Source: Nemertoderma westbladi (lineage: Eukaryota > Animalia > Xenacoelomorpha). From it: 64,000 nt of DNA. A program made the translations under genes and the position numbers. Location: contig JAUCBJ010000315.1 in assembly GCA_032718475.1 (NCBI GenBank), forward strand, positions 1-64,000. Direction: 5' to 3'. The notes under the pieces are model-generated. The model did no database searches. It was not told the DNA's origin and was given only the letters and a program-made list of their open reading frames with translations. Shown here in pieces: positions 14,147-24,897 of this stretch. Each line of letters starts with the position of its first letter. Positions within the stretch are counted from its first letter, which is position 1.

Positions 14147-15015
14147 GGGTGTGTGCTTGCTGTGTTGTGTGTCGGCTTGATCAGTTGTATACGTGTTTGT
14201 TTGATGTGTTGTACGTGTCTGCTTGCTGTGTTGTACGTGTCTGCTTGCTGTGTTGTGTGTACGCCGATCCTAGTAGTAGGGGTGTGTGCTTGCTGTGTTG
14301 TGTGTCGGCTTGATGAGTTGTATACGTGTCTGTTTGATGTGTTGTACATGTCTGCTGGCTGTGTTGTACGTGTCTGCTTGCTGTGTTGTGTGTATGCTTG
14401 CTGTGTTGTACGTGTGTGCTTGCAGTGTTGCACGTGTCTGCTTGCTGAGTTGTGTGTGCTTGCTGTTTTGTACGTGTCTGCTTGCTGTGTTGTACGTGTG
14501 TGTGCTTGCTGTGTTGTGTGTATGCTTGCTGTGTTGTACGTGTCTGCTTGATGTGTTGTGTGTGCGTGCTGTGTTGTACGTGTCTGCTTGCTGTGTTGTA
14601 CGTGTGTGTGCTTGCTGTGTTGTACGTGTCTGTTTGCTGTGTTGTACGTGTCTGCTTGCTGTGTTGTACGTGTGTGCTTGCGGTGTTGTGTGTATGCTTG
14701 CTGCCTTGTACGTCTGTGCTTGCTGTGTTGCACGTGTCTGCTTGCTGTGTTGTACGTGTGTGTGCTTGCTGTGTTGTACGTGTCTGTTTGCTGTGTTGTA
14801 CGTGTATGCTTGCTGCCTTGTACGTCTGTGCTTGCTGTGTTGCACGTGTCTGCTTGCTGTGTTGTACGTGTGTGTGCTTGCTGTGTTGTACTTGTCTGTT
14901 TGCTGTGTTGTACGTGTGTGCTTGCGGTGTTTTACGTGTCTGCTTGTTGTGTTGTACGTGTGTGCTTGCAGTGTTGTACGTGTCTGCTTACTGTTTTGTA
15001 CATGTGTGCTTGCTG
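14147..15015. repeat. TG-rich minisatellite, ~19-25-bp units GCTTGCTGTGTTGTACGTGT(CT/GT)
   Basis: Tandem array visible directly. It begins at the RTE tail and includes a ~133-bp duplication containing that tail (14130 and 14263). Confidence 0.9.
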
Positions 15016-17784
15016 TTAAAGTAGATTGTTATTTGTGCAATTGTGCACTAGCACACAGTCTCCCAGTATTGTATGCTTGCTGTAGAGTGTTATTATTTTC
15101 AGTATGGAAGCACCAAGTAGGCATACAAGTGACATAGAATTTCCTGCCTGTGCGACTGTGTTCTTGCTGGGAGTAGAACATTTACATCAGGACAATTCGT
15201 ACATTAATATTGTTAGGTCTATACAGTATTGTCTGGCTGCGAAATATTCTCCTTCTTCCATTTCTTGCTGTACTTTGATCTTGTTCTATAGTATGGCCAT
15301 CCTGGACTGTGTTTTAACCTGAACACGTGTGTGCTTGGTGTATGCACTTGCTGCTATACCTACAACCACTGAAAGTGTACAAAAGTTTATAAGAAGACAA
15401 TGTATATTCTATGAAACTGAATTCTCCCATAGGTGCCTCTACAGTTACACTGTAACAGGGCCCGACCCAAGTCGTCATACTGCTGTGTCCCTCTATACAC
15501 AACGGCCGACTGACTGGGTTTTATTTGTATAAGAATGTTGCAAAGAAAGTTGAGTAATTATATCACTTGAATTATAGGGCGCTGTCCGCTGGGCGTTTAG
15601 CAGGGGGTATTAAATGGGCGGCCCTTACGAAAATCTCTAGGGAGTATTAAAATGGAACATATGGTCTTATATTGAGTTTGTTAATTGACAGGGTCTGATA
15701 ATTGTAAGCGAAGCTTAAACTAAACAATCGACGCTGTAAGTGGCTGTTTCTTTGTCACTTTTAATGTCGATCAATGAAGATTTCTTGAAATCTCACAAAT
15801 CGTCGACTTTTGACTTCTACAGGCAACCTTACTGTATAACATGCGTGGCGAGAATTATGTCCCTTTCAAATTACGTTTAAAAAATTTAATAAAAATAAAT
15901 TTGCTGGAAGAATCCGCATTTTGATCAGTTAATAAGATGTAAATCTAACTAACAACAGCAACATACAGTGCTATGTTTGCTAAAGCTCACCTTACTTAGT
16001 GGTTCGCCCAACATTATTACAGTGTTGTTTGCTACAACAGTTAATTTTTGCGTCGAGAGGATTTCATTTTGATTGCGTCAATAGTTGACCACCCACCCCC
16101 CTATCTTTTTCGGTGAGTGTAATATGTAGATTAAATAAATGGTCGCATACTAAATAAAGTTTTCTTTATTGTTTTGGTTAGAAAGATCTCCACTGTAACA
16201 TGTTCCTTTCCATTAATATTCTAAATTAAATTCCTTTTCTATATTTTTTAAATCCATTAATCACATAATTTGTGTTTGTGATCATTTACCACCTTTAACA
16301 CAAGATATGAGAGTGCTTTACTGCGGATATCCCATTGATAGTGCGATCGTAGAGAGTCAGAAAAAGTAATTTGGGTCTCCTTTATAAATACATCATGTAT
16401 ATATAGTTTGTTATAAATGATCTACTCTGATAAAATCGAATTTAATCCCTTCCAACTGAATTGATACAGTATAACCTGGACACCAACGTCCAACACCGCA
16501 TACAGCCGAGTTCTGTGAAGAATAATCGGAATAATTATTTACGGAAACAACCGCCTTCCTCTTGTGGCCAACCTCAACTCGAGATAAATCCCCGCAGATA
16601 TAGAACAGCTCTTGGGTTCCGCAGCCCGTTCTAACACTCTAATACCCCTCACTGATAAGGGACATGCGACCCGGGCGCAGTTACAAATACGGGTTAATTG
16701 TTTGCAAACTCAATAGATTCTATGGGTCCATCGCAAACCGCTAACTCGCTCGGCCCAAACCCACAAACAGGATGGACCTCCTCCTACTTATAATGTGTGA
16801 ACTTCTTCAAGAGGACATTGTCTGTTACAGTTAGGGTTTAGGGAGGGAGGCGTGTGGCTCCTTAACTCTCTCTGCTCTGTGGGGAGTAATTATCTGGAGA
16901 AGTGTGTCGCAACAGGGGACTGTTTAAACCTCGGTTAATCTGTAGGTTCAGGTAGAACGTTGGTGTCTGTCTGTCTGTTGGGGTCCGAGTTAATTGGGTG
17001 TAAATAATGGCTCTAAATATTCTCGGATATTAGTGGTAGATAATTATAATATAACTGCTCCGCAATCAGAATTTTCAAAGATAAATCATTTCCTCCTCTG
17101 AAAATGCTACTGAATTAAAAACTAATTAATTATTGGGTGACTACAAAACAAAGACCAAAGACCCATGACTCAAATAATAAAGACCTGTACAAAACACATG
17201 TTTTAACTTTCGTTTATTGTTCTGGTTCCCACAACACGCCTCTGTAACCTGCTCCGTTACTAATATATAACACCTGAATTCTCCCAAAAATGAAACTATA
17301 AGTTGTTCTATTGACTTTCGTTTATTGTTTTGGTTAGAATAACGTGCCACTGAAACCTGCTCATTTCCCTTAATTAATATTTTTACATTGAGAGAAGAAA
17401 TTAATTCACCGAGTTGTGATTTGTTCTTACAAAGCGAGCGCAGAGAGTGAGGTTTGCTTAAATAATCGGTTCTTTAACGTTTAATACAGTAGGACCTTTT
17501 CATACAATGATCTACGGAATTATATTAAATAATTTATTTTTATTGGGGATCCAAACGCTTAATAAATTAAACTCTCTCATATTCTACTGTTTATGAATAT
17601 TAATAAAATTTATATCCATTTCATGGAACTAATTGCTGTTACTAAAAGAACTATATGGTAAACAATAATACATTTTCATAATTAATTGTGATTCTCCACA
17701 TATAACAGGATAATTTAAGAGTTATCAAAAAAGAAAGACAGGCATCTGGCTGTTATCTTTGTTGAGTTCTTCAAGGCCTTTGAT

Positions 17785-18622
17785 TCAGTCTCTAACCGAT
17801 CTAGACTTTGCTGATGACTTAGGAGTACTCTCAGAATCACTAGAGGGAGTCCAACGGCTCCTCAGCTCATTAGATCATGCTGCTTCTAGAGTTGGTCTTT
17901 TTATTAACTCTAGAAAGACCAAAATTTTGACAGTTAACTTTGAAAGTCCTCAGGAAATATCTGATCGTATGTGCAGAAGCTCAAAGGATAGTATGCTTGA
18001 GCATGCGTGGACGACTTCTGTTACCTGGGATCATGGATCCGGAAGCCAGGTGAGGACCAGGATCCCAGGATTTGGAAGTCACCGAGAATTAATCGGAAAC
18101 TTAAGGTCCGATTATTTAGAGCAGCAGTAGTTCCAGTAATCCTCTATGGGAGTCCATGCTGGGCTCTAACTGCTGAGGACACCAAATCTCTGGATGGCAC
18201 ATTCACAAGAATGCAACGCCGGGTTCATTGTGTCAAGTACAATGCACACATCCCAACCAGGGATATATATATAACATTGGAGGTGTCTCATTGGTTCCCC
18301 CAAGCTTGACACAAGCTTGCTCCACTTTGCGTCCTGCAAAGCGGAGCAAGCTTTGTCTTGCTTTGAAAGCTTGCTTTGAAAGGTTGCTTTCGCCGTGAGG
18401 ACCAGCCAACACATAATCTTGTGCTTTGGCGGCCTCATGGAGTGAATAAGCATGGTGGACAGCCCAAGACTTTCTTGAGACGCATCTTAAAGGACACTGG
18501 TCTTGAAGATGCGGATAATATGTCATGGGTGATAGGTAGTTGTGGCGGCGCAATTTTGTCGACTAGCCGGCAGAGCATTCCTAAAAATGCAGCTGCAATG
18601 CAGCATGCCGATCGTAGTAGTA
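17785..18622 (+). mobile_element. Degraded RTE-clade LINE (RT C-terminal half)
   Basis: LTDLDFADDLGVLS...DDFCYLGS...KVRLFRAAVVPVILYGS, with frameshifts and a (TAG)n tail. Confidence 0.85.
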
Positions 18623-18899
18623 ATGGCTTAATTTTATTCAAACCATCGAATGAAACAAAATTTGTATCACATAATTTTCTTCAATAATATAATACCGCAC
18701 CAATAATGGAGATGATTTAAAATGTCACAATTCCTTAGCGAGGTGTTTCAATGGACCAACAAGCTGAATAACAATTTAATTTAGTTTCAATGTATTTAAT
18801 AAACTTGGTAAACCAAGTTTTTATAAACCAGCTATATATATATTTCTTCCTAAATATAATAAATATATTTTTGAATATTGAATAGGAGGAGAATCTTTC

Positions 18900-19125
18900 T
18901 GGTTAATTAAGCCAAGTAATGTCTTTTCACAACCGCGTGTTCCACTGTAATCCGTTACTGTTTCCCAAGTTGGTTGCCTTGGTTCCCATTTATCGACTCC
19001 AGTAATGGATGAAGGTCTATGTTGGGCTACAGCAATTGAATCCCTGTTCCCACGTAGTGTTGCCCCATCTAGGGATCGAACCAAGACCTCATGATTGGAA
19101 CACCAGGAATTTTCCCACTAGACGT
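18900..19125 (-). mobile_element. tRNA-derived SINE (copy of 37735-37960)
   Basis: Minus strand has an A-box-like TAGTGG, a B-box GGTTCGATCCC, then ccttcatccattactggagtcgataaatgggaacc. Confidence 0.6.
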
Positions 19126-20025
19126 ATATTTTTGTATATTAATTTATATAATAAATTACTTCTCCCGTGTGACACATATTAATTTCAAGATAACTTAATG
19201 ATAAGTAATGTTTAACTTTTGTGTGATTTAATGGCAACGAAACACAGGATTACATACAACACACTGGCCGGCCGTTGACACAGTTTTAAAAAATATCAAA
19301 CTTATTTTTCCCACGTAAGTTTAACTCGAGAAAAATGAAGCGTAAACTATATCAGGGTCGTTAACACTCAACCTTTTCCCTTTCAAGTAAACTGCTAACC
19401 TAACCTAACACCAATTAGCCTTTAGGCCTATCTATAGGGTCAGTCAATGGGGCGACGTCCTGTTGTGTGTCGGCAGACAGCCCCTACCAACCTACCGGTA
19501 CAATGTCAGCCACTATTATGTAGTTTGTTTAGGTTTAATGAGTTTGAATTTTCCTCTCTTTGCTGCTTTTTAAACGGCCCCAGATATTATTTCGACTAAC
19601 AAATAATTTTGCTCCAACGAACAATTATGCTTTGGCCCAATGCCACCTTTATGTAAACCTTTGTGCGTGCGATTCAACATTCACTCCGAAAGGGGTTGGC
19701 CTTTTTTCTACCGTCCTTCTTTCTTTTGTGTGACTACATTTTATAGCGCTTTAAACGATGTATAAAAAACATAAAAAATTATGGCGACATCACTTTATAA
19801 CTATAATCTTTAGTAGATTGCACAAATAGAAAATGTTGTTTCACGTTTGTCGGCGATATGTCGTTTATTTTTGATTTTTAGTGATCGAAAAAGTAAGATA
19901 GTGAGTTGTGAAGGTGCAATTTTATCTTGATGAATTGTTAATGCAAGCTGCATTACAGGAAGCAAATTATGTGCAGCTGCTATGCAGCAGGCCAATATAC
20001 TGTATATATTTATCTGTTTACTACA

Positions 20026-20206
20026 GTAGTGGTACTGTAGTACTGTAGTAGTACTGTAGTAGTACTGTAGTAGTACTGTAGTACTGTAGTAGTACTATAG
20101 TAGTACTGTAGTAGTACTGTAGTAGTACTGTAGTAGTACTGTAGTACTGTAGTACTGTAGTAGTACTGTAGTTTGTACTGTAGTACTGTAGTAGTACTGT
20201 AGTACC
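20026..20206. repeat. TAGTACTG/TAGTAGTACTG microsatellite array (CRE target), first tract
   Basis: Mix of 8-mer and 11-mer units, with variant units GGTAC, CTATAG and TTTGTAC. Confidence 0.95.
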
Positions 20207-22728
20207 GGTAGTGTAGACCGGTAGTGTTCTAGATCTGGAATCGGAAATCGAAGTAAACCAACAGCGGGTGAGAGTCCTTGATGTTCTCAGCGAGAAGCAT
20301 CCAGCAGCAGCTGCACCCAAAGCCGAGGCCTTATTAGTGTGTGATGATGAGTTGCCACTTCGGGTTGATGTCGAGATCACAGCCGCGCACATAGAGTCGA
20401 CAGCGCGGCGACTGAAAGGGAGTGGTGGGCCAGCCGGCAGCGACTCAACACGCTGGCGGGACTACCTTATCCGGTATGGGGCACACAGCCAGCGTTTACG
20501 CGAATCTATTGCCTCTATTGCGTGTTCACTTGCTAACAGTGTAGTGCCATGGGAATCAGTTCGGTCGCTGATGGCTAGCAGACTTAATTGCCCTCGATAA
20601 GTGCCCCGGGGTTAGGCCCATAGGCATAGGGGAGTGCCTCCACCGAATCTTGGGTAGATCAATGGCAGAAGCAACTGGAGATGATGTCACCACTACGTGT
20701 GGCGCAGAGCAGTTATCTGCGGGCGTGATGGCAGGTGTGGAGGCCGGGGTACATTCAATGCGCTCGGTCTTCGACGAACATAGTGAGGATGGAAGGGGCA
20801 TTATTATGGTTGATGCAGCTAATGCCTTCAATTCGCTGAACCGAGTCGCAGCCTTGTGGAACGTCAGGCAGCTGTGGCCTCGATGTTCAATGTTTCTCTT
20901 CAACTGTTACCGTGGACACAGCATTCTGACAATAAAGGGAACCGATGCTGTGCTGTTCAGCGAAGAGGGTGTAACACAAGGAGATCCTTTAGCTATGTCT
21001 TTTTATGCTTCAGGCTTCCTCCCTTTAATCCACGAGTTGCCATCACTTAAGGTTCGCCAAAGTTGGTTCGCTGACGACTCTTCTGGTGCCGGAAAGCACC
21101 AGGATATTCTCGAGTGGTACGAGCACTTACTTCGTCTGGGCCCCGCTCTTGGATATTACCCTCAGTCCGCCAAAAGCTTTCTCGTTGTGGCTCCGGAGTT
21201 TCTGGAGGAAGCCCAAAGTGTATTCGCCGAGCACAATATTAACATCGTTACAGGACACCAATTTCTGGGCGGGTTTATTGGTAGCGAGTCGGAGTGTGTG
21301 AAGTATGTCGGCGCCAAAATCGCATCCTGGGTAGCCTCAGTAGACAAGATGGCCGAGGTGGCGGAGGCCCAACCCCACGATGCTTTCTCAGCCGTAGTTT
21401 GCTCACTCCAACGGGAGTGGGCATACCTCCAACGCGTTGTCCCAGACTGCAGCAGTCAGTTCGATGTGCTAGAGGAAGCGATCAGCGATAGGTTCCTGCC
21501 GGCAGTCTTCGATGGGCGAATTTCGCAACCAGAACTCAAGTTGTTTGCCCTGTCTCCGCGAATGGGTGGTCTGGGGTTGCGGAACCCGGTTAACGAGGCC
21601 GATACCAACTTTGCTGTATCAGAACTTGGGACACAGTCGCTGGTGAACGCGATCGCCGGGAAGGAGCCATTCTCCTTAGCCACCCACCTGAAGTGCATGG
21701 AGGGAGTGCGCATGACATCTCGGAAAGAGAGGCAGGGTATGGAGAAAGCCCAGCAGGAGGAAGCGTTGGAAGGAATGGCGGAGCACCAGTGTGTCGCTGT
21801 CCAACGGGTGGCGGAGTTCAGGACCGGCGGCTGGCTATCCTCTCTTCCGGTAGCCGAACACCAGTTTGACCTCTCACCCCGGGAGTTTAGGGACGCTGTG
21901 GCTGTCCGGTATGGTAGACCCCTCGTAGGTGTCCCTTGCAGATGGCACTGGGTTTGATCTAAACCATGGGTTGAATTGTAAGAAGGGTGGTTTAGTGATT
22001 CAGCGTCACAACGAGCTCCGCGACGCAGTCGGTGACCTCGCGGCCCTGGCATTCGGACCACGAAACGTTATGCTCGAGCCAGTGGTCCGCGAGCAGCACG
22101 AGGATGGCGACGGGGCTGGTCTGCGATGCGATGTCGGCATTAGGGGGGCATTCAGTACCCAGACACAGGCGTTGATTGACATACGTACAATTAACCTTGA
22201 CGCCGTGTCTTATGCTGGGTGCTCCGTGAGGTCGGTATTGGAGTCGGCGGAAGAGGAGAAGAAACGCTTATATACAGCCGCAGTTTCCGCCCGCCGAGGT
22301 GATTTCTCCCCTTTCGTCGCCTCATGCGACGGCATACTGGCACCGCAGGCCAATAAGCTGTTGCGAATCATCGCAGACCGCCTACACACCAACTGGGGGA
22401 AACCATACAGTTCGGTAATGGGGTGGGTGCGCGCACGCATATCGTTCGCGATAATCCGCGGTACTTCCCATTGCCTGCGAGGGTCGCGGGTGAGATGGCG
22501 AAGTGGTTTGGGGCTTGAGGACGGCGCCGGGATACCAGGGGGCTTTGCTTAGATATTTGATCTATATGTCGTAAAATTTAATATTTACAAATCAATATAT
22601 TTATTCTCTATGGTGTAATTGATTAGTGAACTCTATTGTGTAATCGATTGGTGTATTCTATTGTGCAATTGATTCATATATTAATTACCACAATATACTT
22701 AAGTTGTAGTTATCCATCAAAAAAAAAA
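20207..22728 (+). mobile_element. CRE-clade non-LTR retrotransposon A (5'-truncated, two frameshifts, poly(A) end)
   Basis: KHP...GSGGPAG...VRPIGIGE...DAANAFN...QGDPLA...WFADD...HGLNC...RHNELRD...RCDV...EEEKKRLY...RARISFA. A10 tail at 22719-22728. Confidence 0.92.
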
Positions 22729-22948
22729 GTGGTACTGTAGTACTGTAGTAGTACTGTAGTACTGTAGTAGTACTGTAGTACTGTAGTAGTACTGTAGTAC
22801 TGTAGTAGTACTGTAGTACTGTAGTAGTACTGTAGTACTGTAGTAGTACTATAGTAGTACTGTAGTAGTACTGTAGTAGTACTGTAGTAGTACTGTAGTA
22901 CTGTAGTAGTACTGTAGTACTGTAGTTTGTACTGTAGTACTGTAGTAG
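22729..22948. repeat. TAGTACTG microsatellite, second tract (apparent duplicate of the first)
   Basis: Same order of variant units (GGTAC, CTATAG, TTTGTAC) as 20029-20203. Confidence 0.95.
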
Positions 22949-22990
22949 TTTTTTTTTTTTTACTCAAAAGCCTCCATATATTATAATATT
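22949..22990 (-). mobile_element. Extremely 5'-truncated CRE 3'-end stub, opposite orientation
   Basis: Reverse complement aatatatggaggcttttgagt(A)13 resembles the 3' end of element C2, aataaatgaggcttgtaaagt(A)12. Confidence 0.6.
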
Positions 22991-23011
22991 GTACAGTACT
23001 GTAGTACAGTC

Positions 23012-23718
23012 GCAGTAGAGCCAACACTCCAGCCTCTAACAGGTGAGGAGTTCACCCACAGATCCACCTCCACAGAAGATCAGGCGAGGTTGGACGTCTC
23101 TGTCAGCGGGTTCTGGGGTGGCCGGTTCGAGAAGACTTACTTCGATGTCTCGGTCTACAACCCTCTAGCGGCCACCAACGCAGCCATGACCACCGAGGGC
23201 GCTTATTCCCACCACGAGGCGCGGAAACGCCTGAAGTACGAGGAGCGCATCCGAGAGGTCGAACTGTCGTCGTTTGTGCCTCTGATACTTTCAGCCTTTG
23301 GTGGTACCGCGCCAGCGATGCAACAGTTCGTTAAGCGTTTATCGCTTAAACTCTCGGATCGTCGCGACCTCAGCTACTCTGAGTGTATCTGCTGGACGCG
23401 GAGGAAGATAAGCTTCGCGCTTCTCCGCTCCAGTTTGATGTGTCTCCGTGGAGCGAGATCCGCCACCAAACGCCCCGTTTATCATCAGGTGTCCGCAGAC
23501 TCGATTCGCCTGACTAACGCTGATACCAACACCGGCTAGACTGACTGTCAGTGGTAGTCATAGGCCTCTAAACAGGCCCTTCTTTCTTTATTTATTATTT
23601 TTTTTATTATCGGTATCGGTGTAGGAATTATTTATTTTGTTCTATTAATAAAGTGCCTGTAAAAGAGTTATGCTGATATTGTGCAAATTATATAATAAAC
23701 TAGTAAGTTAAAAAAAAA
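23012..23718 (+). mobile_element. CRE-clade element B, 5'-truncated (restriction-like endonuclease region plus 3' UTR)
   Basis: EPTLQPLTGE...ARLDVSVSGFWG...FDVSVYNP...HEARKRLKY...RRKISFALLRS. A-tract at 23710-23718. tactgtagtacagt occurs on both sides (possible TSD). Confidence 0.9.
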
Positions 23719-23788
23719 TAATAATAACAATACTATACAGGCTCCTACTGTAGTACAGTACTGTAGTAGTACTGTAGTACTGTAGTAG

Positions 23789-24759
23789 TTGGAGTACAGC
23801 AACCCATGTACGATGTAGTACGGATACCGGTACAGCATTTTGTACTACACGGCAAGTACCAGTACAAGTACCAAGTGATAGTAATACCTGCTCGACTGCT
23901 CGACGCCAGTTCCTGAGACTCGAGCTCGGACTAAACCTAATCCACACAGATGAAGCCGTGTTGCGGCTGCAATGCCAAGTCTGGGCGCTGTCTAAAGTGT
24001 TCCTGTGCGAAAGGTGTGCGGGCGTGCTCGAACTGCGCACCCCTTGTACATGGGCGATGTGTAAACCCCGCTGGACAAGTATGTTCACAACCTCTGCCCG
24101 CCGGGGACTCAAACACAAATACAGGATCATCTCAACCCCAACCATTGGGTGATACAGAAAATAGCGACGAAACATTGGTGGAGGATCTCGATCCGACCTT
24201 GAGACCCCCTGCCAATGAAACTACCACGAATCCACCGCAACCAAACATTGGTTATTCGCCTCTACGTAATCCGAAAAGGGAGTGTCATCTACCGATCTCA
24301 CCCTGGCTAAACCCACCGCCCCGATTATGTAACAACGAATTGCCTCTCGGTGTGGCACGTGCCCGGGCTGCTCTTATTCTTGACAGGGCCCGCAGGGGTG
24401 CGACACAGGAAGTCGGTTCCAACCAGTCTACGGGTTGGGAAGTCGGTGCCAACCAGTCTACGGGCGTTGCCAACCAGTCTACGGGCGGTGCCAACCAGTC
24501 TACAGGCGGTGCCAACCTGTTTACGGGTCGGGAAGTCGGTGCCAACCAGTCTACGGGCGGTGCCAACCAATCTACCTGCGGTGCCAACCACTCTACGGGC
24601 GATGCCAACCTGTCTACGGGCGGTGCCAAACAGCCTACCTGCGGTGCCAACGAGTCTACGGGCGGTACCAACCTGTCTACAGGCCGGGAAATCGGTGCCA
24701 ACCAGTCTACTGTTCGGGAAGTTGGTACCAACCAGTCTACGGGTCGGGAAGTCGGTGCC
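23789..24759 (+). mobile_element. 5' portion of a CRE-clade element (C1): GTAC-rich 5' UTR, Cys-rich N-terminus, GANQSTG coding repeat
   Basis: ATG at 23950. MKPCCGCNAKSGRCLKCSCAKGVRACSNCAP...CVNP aligns with the N-terminus of the intact CRE at 52476. 21/30-bp tandem repeat at ~24405-24759. Confidence 0.75.
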
Positions 24760-24897
24760 GTAGTAGTACTGTAGTAGTACTGTAGTAGTACTGTAGTAGT
24801 ACTGTAGTAGTACTGTAGTAGTACTGTAGTAGTACTGTAGTAGTACTGTATAGTACTGTAGTACTGTAGTAGTACTGTAGTAGTACTACTACAGTAC
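24760..24897. repeat. TAGTACTG microsatellite tract ending in a 26-bp perfect palindrome
   Basis: GTACTGTAGTAGTACTACTACAGTAC at 24872-24897 equals its own reverse complement. Confidence 0.95.

Larger units (their letters stand above)
13265..16205 (+). repeat. Segmentally repeated block; inverted paralog at ~46015-47830, partial direct paralog at ~36790-37165
   Basis: Shared sequence and shared incidental ORFs: MSLNLGLMLRYSVLG at 13522 (+) and 47379-47564 (-); MCLVYALAA at 15329 (+) and 46621-46827 (-). Confidence 0.85.

Noticed and set aside
14065-15137. Several long Cys/Val- or His/Thr-rich ORFs
   Set aside because: Stop-free translations of the TG-rich minisatellite in multiple frames.
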